IMG/VR virus record: IMGVR_UViG_3300010399_000034 | Coordinates: 1-64,000 of that record | From: a virus | Reading direction: 5' to 3' (one strand) | DNA: 64,000 nucleotides | In this document: piece by piece, positions 37,449-44,747 of the stretch | How the letters are laid out: each line of letters begins with the position of its first letter | How positions within the stretch are numbered: position 1 is the first letter of the stretch | Made by a program: the position numbers and the translations under genes | Notes under the pieces: model-generated | The model's database searches: none | Told to the model about the DNA's origin: nothing | What the model saw: the letters and a program-made list of their open reading frames with translations, nothing else

Positions 37449-37936
37449 TTGGCCCTCGTGTATTCGTGGCCGCTCTCGGTGAGCTGCCAGATGCTTCCAC
37501 CGCGATACGCGCCAACGGAGAATGCGAGATCGCGACGTTTGAGCGCGTACAACGTCGCGTGGTGAAACGACCGCACCGATCCGCCGTGATCGATCGCGCG
37601 AAGGCACGCGAGCTGCACCTTGTTCAGGCGCCACTGGCGCGGGCGTGGACTCCGGATCTCGACGACGCGCTTGGTGATCGAAGGCCCCATGCAGCAAAGC
37701 CGAGCTCGGCCGAAGAACGAATCGTTCAGCGCGCACGTGCGGATCGCCGTCGCCGCGTTCTTCTGTTGCGCCCAAAGCAGCGCGCAGCGGACATGGAACG
37801 TCCAGCACCCGAGCTGCACCGGGTTGAATGCGAGCTTCTTACAGCGATCGCACGGCACCATCTTGCGGACTTCGTGCGATGTCTTCGGGCGATCGCATCG
37901 GCACGGCCCTTCTTTGATTTTGAGCTTGGGCATCAC
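37445..37936 (-). CDS. Cys-rich protein with C-terminal winged-helix-like segment
   Basis: CDRC..., LYALKRRDLA...WQLTESGHEY. Confidence 0.5.
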   Translation of the reverse strand: MMPKLKIKEGPCRCDRPKTSHEVRKMVPCDRCKKLAFNPVQLGCWTFHVRCALLWAQQKNAATAIRTCALNDSFFGRARLCCMGPSITKRVVEIRSPRPRQWRLNKVQLACLRAIDHGGSVRSFHHATLYALKRRDLAFSVGAYRGGSIWQLTESGHEYTRAK

Positions 37937-38286
37937 GCTGGCTCCAAATGCACGCGGTTAGGTCCGGGTGTATGCGTCGCGTCCGGGTAGACTTCGAACA
38001 GGCGATCGGCGAGCTCGATGTCTCGCACGCTGCCAGTGCTCTGCCGCCAATGGAACGGTTCCGGTGAGAGCACAACGCGGATAGGCTTCGCATCGAGGCC
38101 CGCAGCGGCGCGCCACTTCTCGGCGTCACGCACCGTCTTGAAGACGTATTCGCAGCTCCCGTTCGGGCGAGCGCGCCAAACGATGTAGCCGCGGTGCGGC
38201 TCCGGCGCCGACGCGCCTTCGCATCGATCGCAGACCGACGAGAGCAGGAGCTCTACCATCGGCTCTTTGCATGTGGGGCAGATCAC
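37933..38286 (-). CDS. Zn-ribbon protein; N-terminus paralogous to 31543-31992
   Basis: CPTCKEPMVELLLSSVCDRC. Confidence 0.6.
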   Translation of the reverse strand: MICPTCKEPMVELLLSSVCDRCEGASAPEPHRGYIVWRARPNGSCEYVFKTVRDAEKWRAAAGLDAKPIRVVLSPEPFHWRQSTGSVRDIELADRLFEVYPDATHTPGPNRVHLEPA

Positions 38287-38788
38287 GGTGCGCCCTTCTT
38301 CGCTTTGCGCTTCGCGCACATCGTTGCCGCATCGAAGCGGAGTTTGCGCGCCATCGTTTCGTGCTTCTCGGCACTCGCAATCTTCACGCAGATGGAGCAC
38401 GACTTTGGGCGGTAGACGCCGTCGGCGTGCATCCACACGCTTCGATGTGCGATGTGTCCGCAGCGCGGACAGGCGTGCTTTACCTTCGCCATTTGCGCGA
38501 CGCCGCTCACGCCCCGTCGTCCTCGTTCGTATGCTCGAGGAAGCGCGCTCGATCAGCGCTCTTGCGAATCTGCTCGCGCAGGCTCTTCAGCTCTTCGAGA
38601 TCGAGCGACCACTCGAGCAAGATCGGCGTGAGCAGATTCGTGATCGCCCCGCGGATTGCGGGCGTATGAAAGTCGATTCCGTGCGCCTCGCATTGCCGCT
38701 CCGCTGCGGCGAGCGCCTCATCCCGGCTCATCATGATCACCACCTCCATGCGATCCGCGAGCGTTCGCGGATCGGAGCAGGCTGCGAT

Positions 38789-39373
38789 CTACTTCAGAAG
38801 ATGCAGGAGCGCGCCGATCTTCTCGGCACGCTCACGCGCCTGCGCTGCGCGCTTGCTCGCGTTGCCGTTGGCGTATTCGGACAGGTGGCGCAGGATGTGC
38901 CCGACGATCGGGTTGATCTCGTATTCGCTTGCGACTTCCTGGATCGTGAGCTCACGCTCGGACGACTCCCACGCGGAGATCGATCCTTGCCAGCGCGACC
39001 ACGATCCCGTGTATTCGAGCTCTACGAAACTGCCGTCATCGCGAATGAAGAGATCGGTACCCTCGTACGCCCCGCTGTTGGAACGCGGATTGTCCTCGAT
39101 CGCGCCGGGCCATTTGTCCGAGACGCACATGCCACGCCACGCGGCACGCTTGCTGCTCTCGCGTTGCGAGTCCGTCGCTAGGCCCGTGCAGCGATATTCG
39201 ATCTTCGGCCGACTACACAACGCCGGTAGCGCTCCGCCGAGCTTGGCGATGACCGCTTCGAGTAAGAGCGCATCCGCTTTGTTCTCTTCGGCGATCGCGC
39301 TCACGAGCGCGACGTGCTGCGCCTCGACCGTCTTTGCAAGCGTCTCGATCTGATTCAACGTTTCGGTTTCCAT
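38789..39373 (-). CDS. Hypothetical protein
   Basis: GAGGAGG RBS; 194 aa. Confidence 0.65.
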   Translation of the reverse strand: METETLNQIETLAKTVEAQHVALVSAIAEENKADALLLEAVIAKLGGALPALCSRPKIEYRCTGLATDSQRESSKRAAWRGMCVSDKWPGAIEDNPRSNSGAYEGTDLFIRDDGSFVELEYTGSWSRWQGSISAWESSERELTIQEVASEYEINPIVGHILRHLSEYANGNASKRAAQARERAEKIGALLHLLK

Positions 39374-39420
39374 GGTGTCCTCCTCGAACGAATGCCGCGG
39401 CTCCTCACCGTGGCAAGCGC

Positions 39421-39476
39421 TTGATCTGCGCTCGGACAGCGCTCTCGCGTGAGAGCACCTACCGGCCGAAGATCAA
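39421..39476 (-). repeat. Conserved intergenic hairpin, copy A
   Basis: TTGATCTT CGGCCGGTAGG TGCTCTC-ACGC-GAGAGCG CTGTCC GAGCG CAGATCAA. Confidence 0.8.
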
Positions 39477-39721
39477 TCCTGTCGAGCGGCCTCCCGCCAC
39501 TGGTAGCGCTGCGTTGCTTCGTTGACCTCGAGTGCCGCATTGATGAGCTCGCTCATCGTATAGGTCCGTTGAAACCGATACGGCAGCGCATCGTCGAGCC
39601 GTCGCTCGGCTTGATCCGTTTCGCCCCAACCACCCTCAGGGCAGCCTACGAAGCTTCCGAGAGCTCGACGGATGTTCGGGTTGTTGAGCGCTTGATTGAG
39701 CGTCTGTTTCTTCTCGGACAT
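39473..39721 (-). CDS. Hypothetical protein
   Basis: GGGGAG RBS; MSEKKQ start. Confidence 0.55.
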   Translation of the reverse strand: MSEKKQTLNQALNNPNIRRALGSFVGCPEGGWGETDQAERRLDDALPYRFQRTYTMSELINAALEVNEATQRYQWREAARQD

Positions 39722-39732
39722 CGCTCCCCCTT

Positions 39733-40116
39733 TCACTCGCACGCTTCGGTGCACTCCGGCGATTCCAAGATCGCGCGGACGTTGACACAGTTGTCGCCCT
39801 GCTCCGCGAGCTCGCGTGCGCAGAACGCCACCGCTTCCGCATTGCAGACTCCGGCGAACGGGCACGCGACATCGCACTCGTTCGCGACCATTTCGCATGC
39901 CTCGGCCGTGTCGATCGTCTCGGGGCCCGCGTCGAGCGCCTGCCCGGCGTCCGCGCCCGAGTCGCAGTCGTGAAGGCACGTGATCGGATGCCCGTCGATC
40001 GGTTCGAGTTGCCCGGCGTCGTTCACGAGCTCGGGGCCCGCATCCGTTTCGGCAGGAACGTGACACACGCCGCATCCGCCGAGCATGAGCACGCACGCAA
40101 TCAAGAGTCGTCGCAT
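39733..40116 (-). CDS. Cys-rich lipoprotein with DAG repeats (myxobacterial style)
   Basis: MRRLLIACVLMLGGC lipobox; DAG x4; paired Cys. Confidence 0.65.
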   Translation of the reverse strand: MRRLLIACVLMLGGCGVCHVPAETDAGPELVNDAGQLEPIDGHPITCLHDCDSGADAGQALDAGPETIDTAEACEMVANECDVACPFAGVCNAEAVAFCARELAEQGDNCVNVRAILESPECTEACE

Positions 40117-40130
40117 TTGGAAACCTCCCA

Positions 40131-40216
40131 TGGAGCGCCCGGGGGCTCGAACCCCGGACACAGGACTCAGCATGCGATCTTCGCCGCAGCAGCCTGCATG
40201 CACCAACGTGCGCCCC
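40131..40216 (-). ncRNA. tRNA-like RNA with Ala-type acceptor stem and no D-stem
   Basis: GGGGCGC/GCGCTCC-A (G3.U70, A73); T-arm CCGGGG-TTCGAGC-CCCCGG. Confidence 0.6.
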
Positions 40217-40222
40217 GAAGAA

Positions 40223-40660
40223 TCAGCCTAGCCATTCATGCTTGAGGCTATACCCTCGCGCGTAGCACTCCGGCGTAGGCTTGTTGGCAGCCTTGAAGCT
40301 CCCGGACGTGGTCCGCTCCTCTCCACCGCCTTTCGATTCCGGATGAAGCGTCAGGCTCAGCTCGTGAACGAGCGCAAAGCCCATATCCATGCCGCACCCA
40401 CTGATGCCCACAGCTTCGCGTCGTTCGTCGAATCGATATCCGAGCGCCTTAGCTACGTTGTAGCTGAGCCACAAATGATCGATGCGGCCCTCATCTCCAC
40501 ACTTGAACACGTAGAGATCGATCGCGCGGTACATGCCCGAGCGAGCGACGTGCCGAAGGACGCACGTCACGACGGATCCGGGCGGAAGAATCTCCCGCAA
40601 GCGCTCGATCGCCTCTTGCCGCTCCGCTTCTTTCTCTTTCTTGCTCGCCACGATTTCCAC
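40223..40660 (-). CDS. Phage hypothetical protein
   Basis: LRHVARSGMYRAI...GCGMDMGF. Confidence 0.7.
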   Translation of the reverse strand: MEIVASKKEKEAERQEAIERLREILPPGSVVTCVLRHVARSGMYRAIDLYVFKCGDEGRIDHLWLSYNVAKALGYRFDERREAVGISGCGMDMGFALVHELSLTLHPESKGGGEERTTSGSFKAANKPTPECYARGYSLKHEWLG

Positions 40661-40670
40661 CCTTTCAGCG

Positions 40671-40729
40671 TTGAATCCCGCTCGGAGTCCGCGTGTCAGC
40701 TAGACGCGCGGCTACCGGCCGCTATTCAA
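40671..40729 (-). repeat. Conserved intergenic hairpin, copy D
   Basis: TTGAATAG CGGCCGGTAG CCGCGCGTC-TAGCT-GACACGCGG ACTCC GAGCG GGATTCAA. Confidence 0.75.
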
Positions 40730-40731
40730 TG

Positions 40732-41145
40732 CTACCCCTGCGCTGCTTCGATTTCTTCCCATGAATCAGGGTCCACGTAGGTGTCCACGAGGTACTCTTC
40801 TGCTTCCGCGTTCGTCTCGAACGGGCCCGCCCATTCGGTGCAGTCCATGTAACCGGAAGCGCTCAGCCGAGCGAAATAGCCGTGGACGTATTCCGCATCG
40901 GCAAGGCCCTCGACCCCGTTCGGATGATCGAGTTCATCCGGCGTCCCTTCGCAGTAGTCTTGCACCGCATCGATCGTCGGATAGCCGTGCTCTTGCGCCT
41001 TTTCGTCACCGATCAGATCGGCGGGGACCGTGTACGTTTCGCCACCATTGCAGCTCACAGCCCATGCGCCCATGAGCTCGATCTCGGGGGACATGAACTG
41101 CGCTTCCAAGTGCGCCATGCCCTTCGCTCGTTCGTTGTTGTCCAT
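40732..41145 (-). CDS. Acidic phage hypothetical protein
   Basis: GGGAG RBS; FARLSASGYMDCTEWAGPF. Confidence 0.7.
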   Translation of the reverse strand: MDNNERAKGMAHLEAQFMSPEIELMGAWAVSCNGGETYTVPADLIGDEKAQEHGYPTIDAVQDYCEGTPDELDHPNGVEGLADAEYVHGYFARLSASGYMDCTEWAGPFETNAEAEEYLVDTYVDPDSWEEIEAAQG

Positions 41146-41161
41146 CGTGTTCTCCCTTCGG

Positions 41162-41216
41162 TTGAATCCGCTCGGACGAACGCGAGCCGAGCTCGCGTCC
41201 TACCGGCCGGGTTCAA
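41162..41216 (-). repeat. Conserved intergenic hairpin, copy C
   Basis: TTGAACC CGGCCGGTAGG ACGCGAGC-TCG-GCTCGCGT TCGTCC GAGCG GATTCAA. Confidence 0.8.
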
Positions 41217-41986
41217 GCTTCGCAAACCTCCCACGCGCGTTTCGCAGGATCGGTCGGAGGCCTGTAGTGTCCCCCAGCGCAAAGCAGCCCGCAGCGCTTA
41301 CAGGTCCGGCGTGGCGACGTCCAGCGGCGCGCTACCGCCCAATAGGGCTCGACCAACGGATCATCGTCGAGCGCGCTCCATCCGTGGTACGACGCGGCCA
41401 GTTCGTACAGATAACAGACATCGCGCGGGAGTCCGCTCAGGGCCGCTTCGAAGATCTCCCACGGATCTTGATCCGTGTAACGCGCGATGCTCTCCCATTC
41501 GCACCAGTCGAGCGCGCTCCGAATGTCCTCGGGAGTTGCGCCTACGGGAACCCTGTAGACTTCGAGCCCCGTCTTTCGATACGCGCGCTGCTCCTCACGC
41601 GTGCCGTATTCGTCGCCGTCCGTTTCGGCGCCTTCGATCCCGGGCGTGTATTCGAGCATGAGCTCGCACCCGTAGCGCGAGCGGACCTTGACCAGCGCTC
41701 CGCCCCCGTGATCCTCGGGCGAGGTATCACCGATCCGCTCGATCACGGTCCGGCGTACACCGCGAGGCTTGCGCTCGTGCATGCCGACGAGGGAGGCGCG
41801 AAGCTCGCGCGCACGTACATCGCCACTCTCCGGGCGCCCTGCGACGTAGTCCGCGGGATCGCCCTTCGGCTCGTATCCGCCCGCTGCGCGCCACGCTGCG
41901 TAATCGCGCAGAGCCGCTCGCGCTTCGCTGTACTCACCACGAACGAACGCGCGTTGCGCGCGTTGTAGACATGCTTCCGGATCCAT
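41213..41986 (-). CDS. Hypothetical early protein
   Basis: GGGAGGGG RBS; MDPEACL start. Confidence 0.65.
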   Translation of the reverse strand: MDPEACLQRAQRAFVRGEYSEARAALRDYAAWRAAGGYEPKGDPADYVAGRPESGDVRARELRASLVGMHERKPRGVRRTVIERIGDTSPEDHGGGALVKVRSRYGCELMLEYTPGIEGAETDGDEYGTREEQRAYRKTGLEVYRVPVGATPEDIRSALDWCEWESIARYTDQDPWEIFEAALSGLPRDVCYLYELAASYHGWSALDDDPLVEPYWAVARRWTSPRRTCKRCGLLCAGGHYRPPTDPAKRAWEVCEA

Positions 41987-42004
41987 GATCAACCCCTCCC
42001 TTCT

Positions 42005-42060
42005 TTGATCTGCGCTCGCACGGTGCGCTCGGATGGAGCGCACCTAGCGGCCGTAGATCA
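42005..42060 (-). repeat. Conserved intergenic hairpin, copy B
   Basis: TGATCTA CGGCCGCTAGG TGCGCTC-CATCC-GAGCGCA CCGTGC GAGCG CAGATCAA. Confidence 0.8.
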
Positions 42061-42240
42061 CTCAAGATCGAAAGCGATCAACTCAGCCATCATGCCGGGG
42101 CGCTCCGCGTTCAGTACGCGGAATGCGGCCGCTTCGTTGACCGCATACGCGCTGAACGTCTCGCCGTCCGCGCACTTGTAGTAGTAGCGCGATCCGCCAC
42201 CGGCCTGCCGTGCGCGTTCCTCCTGAGTCTGCCGCTCCAT
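42058..42240 (-). CDS. Small early protein (first gene of leftward operon)
   Basis: AGAGGGG RBS; 60 aa. Confidence 0.6.
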   Translation of the reverse strand: MERQTQEERARQAGGGSRYYYKCADGETFSAYAVNEAAAFRVLNAERPGMMAELIAFDLE

Positions 42241-42288
42241 CCGATCCCCTCTTTCCGGCCGGCTTCCGCCGCGCTCGAATCCTAGTAT

Positions 42289-42304
42289 TGCATGCGGCGG
42301 GCCA
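42289..42304 (-). promoter_or_regulatory. Sigma54-like (-24/-12) promoter, leftward
   Basis: TGGCCCGCCGCATGCA = GG-N10-GC. Confidence 0.55.
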
Positions 42305-42341
42305 AGTCAGCTAGGCACCCTTGCTAGCTGACAAAAGGCCC

Positions 42342-42461
42342 TGTCGGACTATAGTCCGACAACGCGATCGGCCTCGAGCTCGCACCCACACCTACATGTA
42401 GCCCTGTGAAGAAAAAGGCCCTCAAACCGTGCCGATCCGGCCCAGACTACATGTAGGTGTG
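42342..42461. promoter_or_regulatory. Palindromic operator/enhancer cluster
   Basis: Perfect 20-bp palindrome TGTCGGACTATAGTCCGACA (42342-42361); 15-bp inverted pair CACACCTACATGTAG (42387-42401) / CTACATGTAGGTGTG (42447-42461). Confidence 0.65.
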
Positions 42462-42484
42462 AGCCGGCTCGGCGCGATCCAAGC

Positions 42485-42500
42485 TGGCACGGCGCTAGCA
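42485..42500 (+). promoter_or_regulatory. Sigma54-like (-24/-12) promoter, rightward
   Basis: TGGCACGGCGCTAGCA vs consensus TGGCACG-N4-TTGCA. Confidence 0.6.
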
Positions 42501-42513
42501 TTGTAAGGGTTCC

Positions 42514-42777
42514 ATGGAAGGCGGAACGGCGAGTAGGACGGTGTGGATCGAGCGGAGCAAGGTCTACCCCGCTCCCGGCTCGAACCCGCGCTATCAATGG
42601 CGCTGGATCTACCGCCTCCGTTGCGAGGGTTTCACCGGCCCGACCTGGACTATGCCGGACGGCCGCTCGGGTGCAGTGTCCTTCGAAGGGCAGACCCTCA
42701 GCACCATCCGCCAAACGGCGGCGAAGATCGCTCGCGAGCACGGCGCGGCCGTCCGCGAAGCATGGAAGGAAGGCTGA
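42514..42777 (+). CDS. Small early protein (first gene of rightward operon)
   Basis: ORF track; directly follows the promoter. Confidence 0.55.
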   Translation: MEGGTASRTVWIERSKVYPAPGSNPRYQWRWIYRLRCEGFTGPTWTMPDGRSGAVSFEGQTLSTIRQTAAKIAREHGAAVREAWKEG

Positions 42778-42779
42778 TC

Positions 42780-43430
42780 ATGAAGCGCTACAGCGAATGG
42801 TCCCCGAGTCCGCACGACACCAAGGGGCTCAATCTGCCGGACCGGCAGGACTGGATCGTGGTCCCCACGATTCGCGCGCGCGACTCGGGCCCGCTGGACG
42901 AGTCCAACTTCGCTGTGGCTCTCGCGACGCTCGGCGGCGAGAACGCCGGAGAAGACGAGAACGGCGAGAACGGCATGATCGAGACGCACTCGTTCAATCA
43001 CTGGGCGTGCGGATGGTTCGAGATCATCCTGGCTCACCCTTCGCGCGAGCTCGAAGTACAGGCGATCGCCGATCGGCTCGAAAACTATCCGATCTTGGAC
43101 GAGAACGACCTGTCGGAGCGTGAGCTCGAAGCAGAAGGGGAGGGATGGGAGAGCTACGCCCGGCGCGACGTCACGCGCAAGCTAGTCGAGGATTTCGGCC
43201 TCAGCGATGCGGCGGAAGCCTTGCTCGACGAATCGGGCGAGACGATCTACGCGGCGTTGATCTGCGGGCACCACTACTCGGAAGGGATCAAGACTCAGAT
43301 CCAGGTCGAGCACGACGACGAAGGGCCTCGCTTCGATACGGATCAACTCGATCCGATGACGCGCGAGGAAATGGCGTTGCTTCTTCGGCTCTGCCGCAAA
43401 GAGAAGCGCGCCGCGATGGCCAAAGTCTGA
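42780..43430 (+). CDS. Phage hypothetical protein
   Basis: AAGGAAGG RBS; RDS..LDESNF...FNHWACGWFE. Confidence 0.7.
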   Translation: MKRYSEWSPSPHDTKGLNLPDRQDWIVVPTIRARDSGPLDESNFAVALATLGGENAGEDENGENGMIETHSFNHWACGWFEIILAHPSRELEVQAIADRLENYPILDENDLSERELEAEGEGWESYARRDVTRKLVEDFGLSDAAEALLDESGETIYAALICGHHYSEGIKTQIQVEHDDEGPRFDTDQLDPMTREEMALLLRLCRKEKRAAMAKV

Positions 43431-43506
43431 TCTTCGCGTTCGCTCCGGCGCACGAGTCCTACTCGTGCTCCGCGTGAGACTGCGAAGTCTGAAGGGAAGG
43501 GTTTCA

Positions 43507-43932
43507 ATGCGTGGGATCAAGGTTCCGAGCGCGGCGCGGCTCTGCACGGCGTTCCCGCAGCTCGAACGTGAGCAAGCTTTGTTGATCCGGAAGCTCGCGC
43601 ACGTGCGCGATGAACCGGAACGGCTCGGCGCATTGCTCGAAAAGGAGTGTCCGGAAACGGACGCGTATCGGCGCCGCTGCTACAACGATCCGCTCGATTC
43701 ACGGATGTGGCGCACTACGCTGGTGCTCCATGCGATCGATCTGATCCTCGGAACGTCCGGCGTAGAAGTCTTGGGCGAGCCCGAAGATTTCAGATCGGCG
43801 CCTCCGTACGAATACTGCAATACCGGCGATTCGTACGGCACGACGTTGGTCTACCACCGCGACGCGGACGCGATCCGGATCGGAAGCTGGGCTGACATCG
43901 CAGAACGGATGCCCGAGAAAGGCGAGGGTTGA
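43507..43932 (+). CDS. Phage hypothetical protein
   Basis: AAGGGAAGG RBS; YCNTGDSYGTTL. Confidence 0.7.
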   Translation: MRGIKVPSAARLCTAFPQLEREQALLIRKLAHVRDEPERLGALLEKECPETDAYRRRCYNDPLDSRMWRTTLVLHAIDLILGTSGVEVLGEPEDFRSAPPYEYCNTGDSYGTTLVYHRDADAIRIGSWADIAERMPEKGEG

Positions 43933-43934
43933 TC

Positions 43935-44237
43935 ATGGACTGGAAACAACGACACACCGAAGCTATGCGCGCTCCGCGTGGACGCGAGCTCGCGATCGTC
44001 CGCATGCTGCAAGCGTGGGAGCTGTACCGCGAGCAGCACCGACAAGCCTACGAATCCGGGATCGGAGATGACGGCGTGCTCGGGCCCGAATGGGCGGCAA
44101 TCGGTTTCGCGATCCGCGGACTCCTGAACGGAGATTGCGGACGCTTGGACTGCGGCACGATCGACGGCGGGATCTGCGACGCGCTTACCGCCGAGGGCTT
44201 CGATCCGTACATCGAGGGCGAACGTCTACCGCGTTGA
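43935..44237 (+). CDS. Phage hypothetical protein
   Basis: GAGGG RBS; IGDDGVLGPEW...LLNGDCGRLDCGT. Confidence 0.65.
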   Translation: MDWKQRHTEAMRAPRGRELAIVRMLQAWELYREQHRQAYESGIGDDGVLGPEWAAIGFAIRGLLNGDCGRLDCGTIDGGICDALTAEGFDPYIEGERLPR

Positions 44238-44288
44238 ATCTGGCCGCTAGGCGCTGAGTCATGCTCGGCGCCGTGCGAGCGGAGTCAA
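44234..44288 (+). repeat. Conserved intergenic hairpin, copy E
   Basis: TTGAATC TGGCCGCTAGG CGCTGAG-TCATG-CTCGGCG CCGTGC GAGCG GAGTCAA. Confidence 0.8.
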
Positions 44289-44307
44289 CAACAGAAGGGA
44301 AGGGTGC

Positions 44308-44745
44308 ATGAACGAGCGAGATCTCCCGCGCACGCCGCGCAAGCGGCCGCGCCGAACGGTCGAGAAGAAGCTGCGCGAGCTTCGCGCGGACGAGGTTACG
44401 TTCACGCTCGAGATCGAGCCGGAATGCGAGCCGTATGTCGGGAACTGCTCGGCGATCGATCCCGAGACGGATCGCGAGCAAGAGGACTGGATCCGGCGCG
44501 AGCTCGACGCCGGCAACGTCGCCGCATGGTGCTCGGTTGTCGTGCGAGCCACATGGGAAACGCCTACCGGCCGCACGATCGTCGGGATCGCTTCCCTTGG
44601 CGCGTGCTCCTACCGCAGCGTCATGGAGATCCGCCGCGAGCTGTATCCAGAGATGTGCGAGAACGCTCTCGACGATCTCAATCGCTCGATCGGAGCAATC
44701 TTCGATTCCGCGGATGCGCTCCGCAACGCGTTGAAAGAGGTCTAG
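44308..44745 (+). CDS. Phage hypothetical protein
   Basis: AAGGGAAGG RBS; AWC.VVVRA...G.ASLGACSY. Confidence 0.65.
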   Translation: MNERDLPRTPRKRPRRTVEKKLRELRADEVTFTLEIEPECEPYVGNCSAIDPETDREQEDWIRRELDAGNVAAWCSVVVRATWETPTGRTIVGIASLGACSYRSVMEIRRELYPEMCENALDDLNRSIGAIFDSADALRNALKEV

Positions 44746-44747
44746 CC

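Noticed and set aside
40131-40216. Canonical tRNA-Ala or full tmRNA gene
   Set aside because: No D-stem or 7-nt anticodon loop; far too short for a tmRNA tag reading frame and pseudoknots
39421-44288. Intergenic repeats as a CRISPR array
   Set aside because: Copies are separated by whole genes, vary in sequence and switch strand; no cas genes seen
39421-44288. Intergenic repeats as known self-cleaving ribozymes or intrinsic terminators
   Set aside because: No hammerhead, twister, pistol or HDV core recognisable by eye, and no U-tract after the stems
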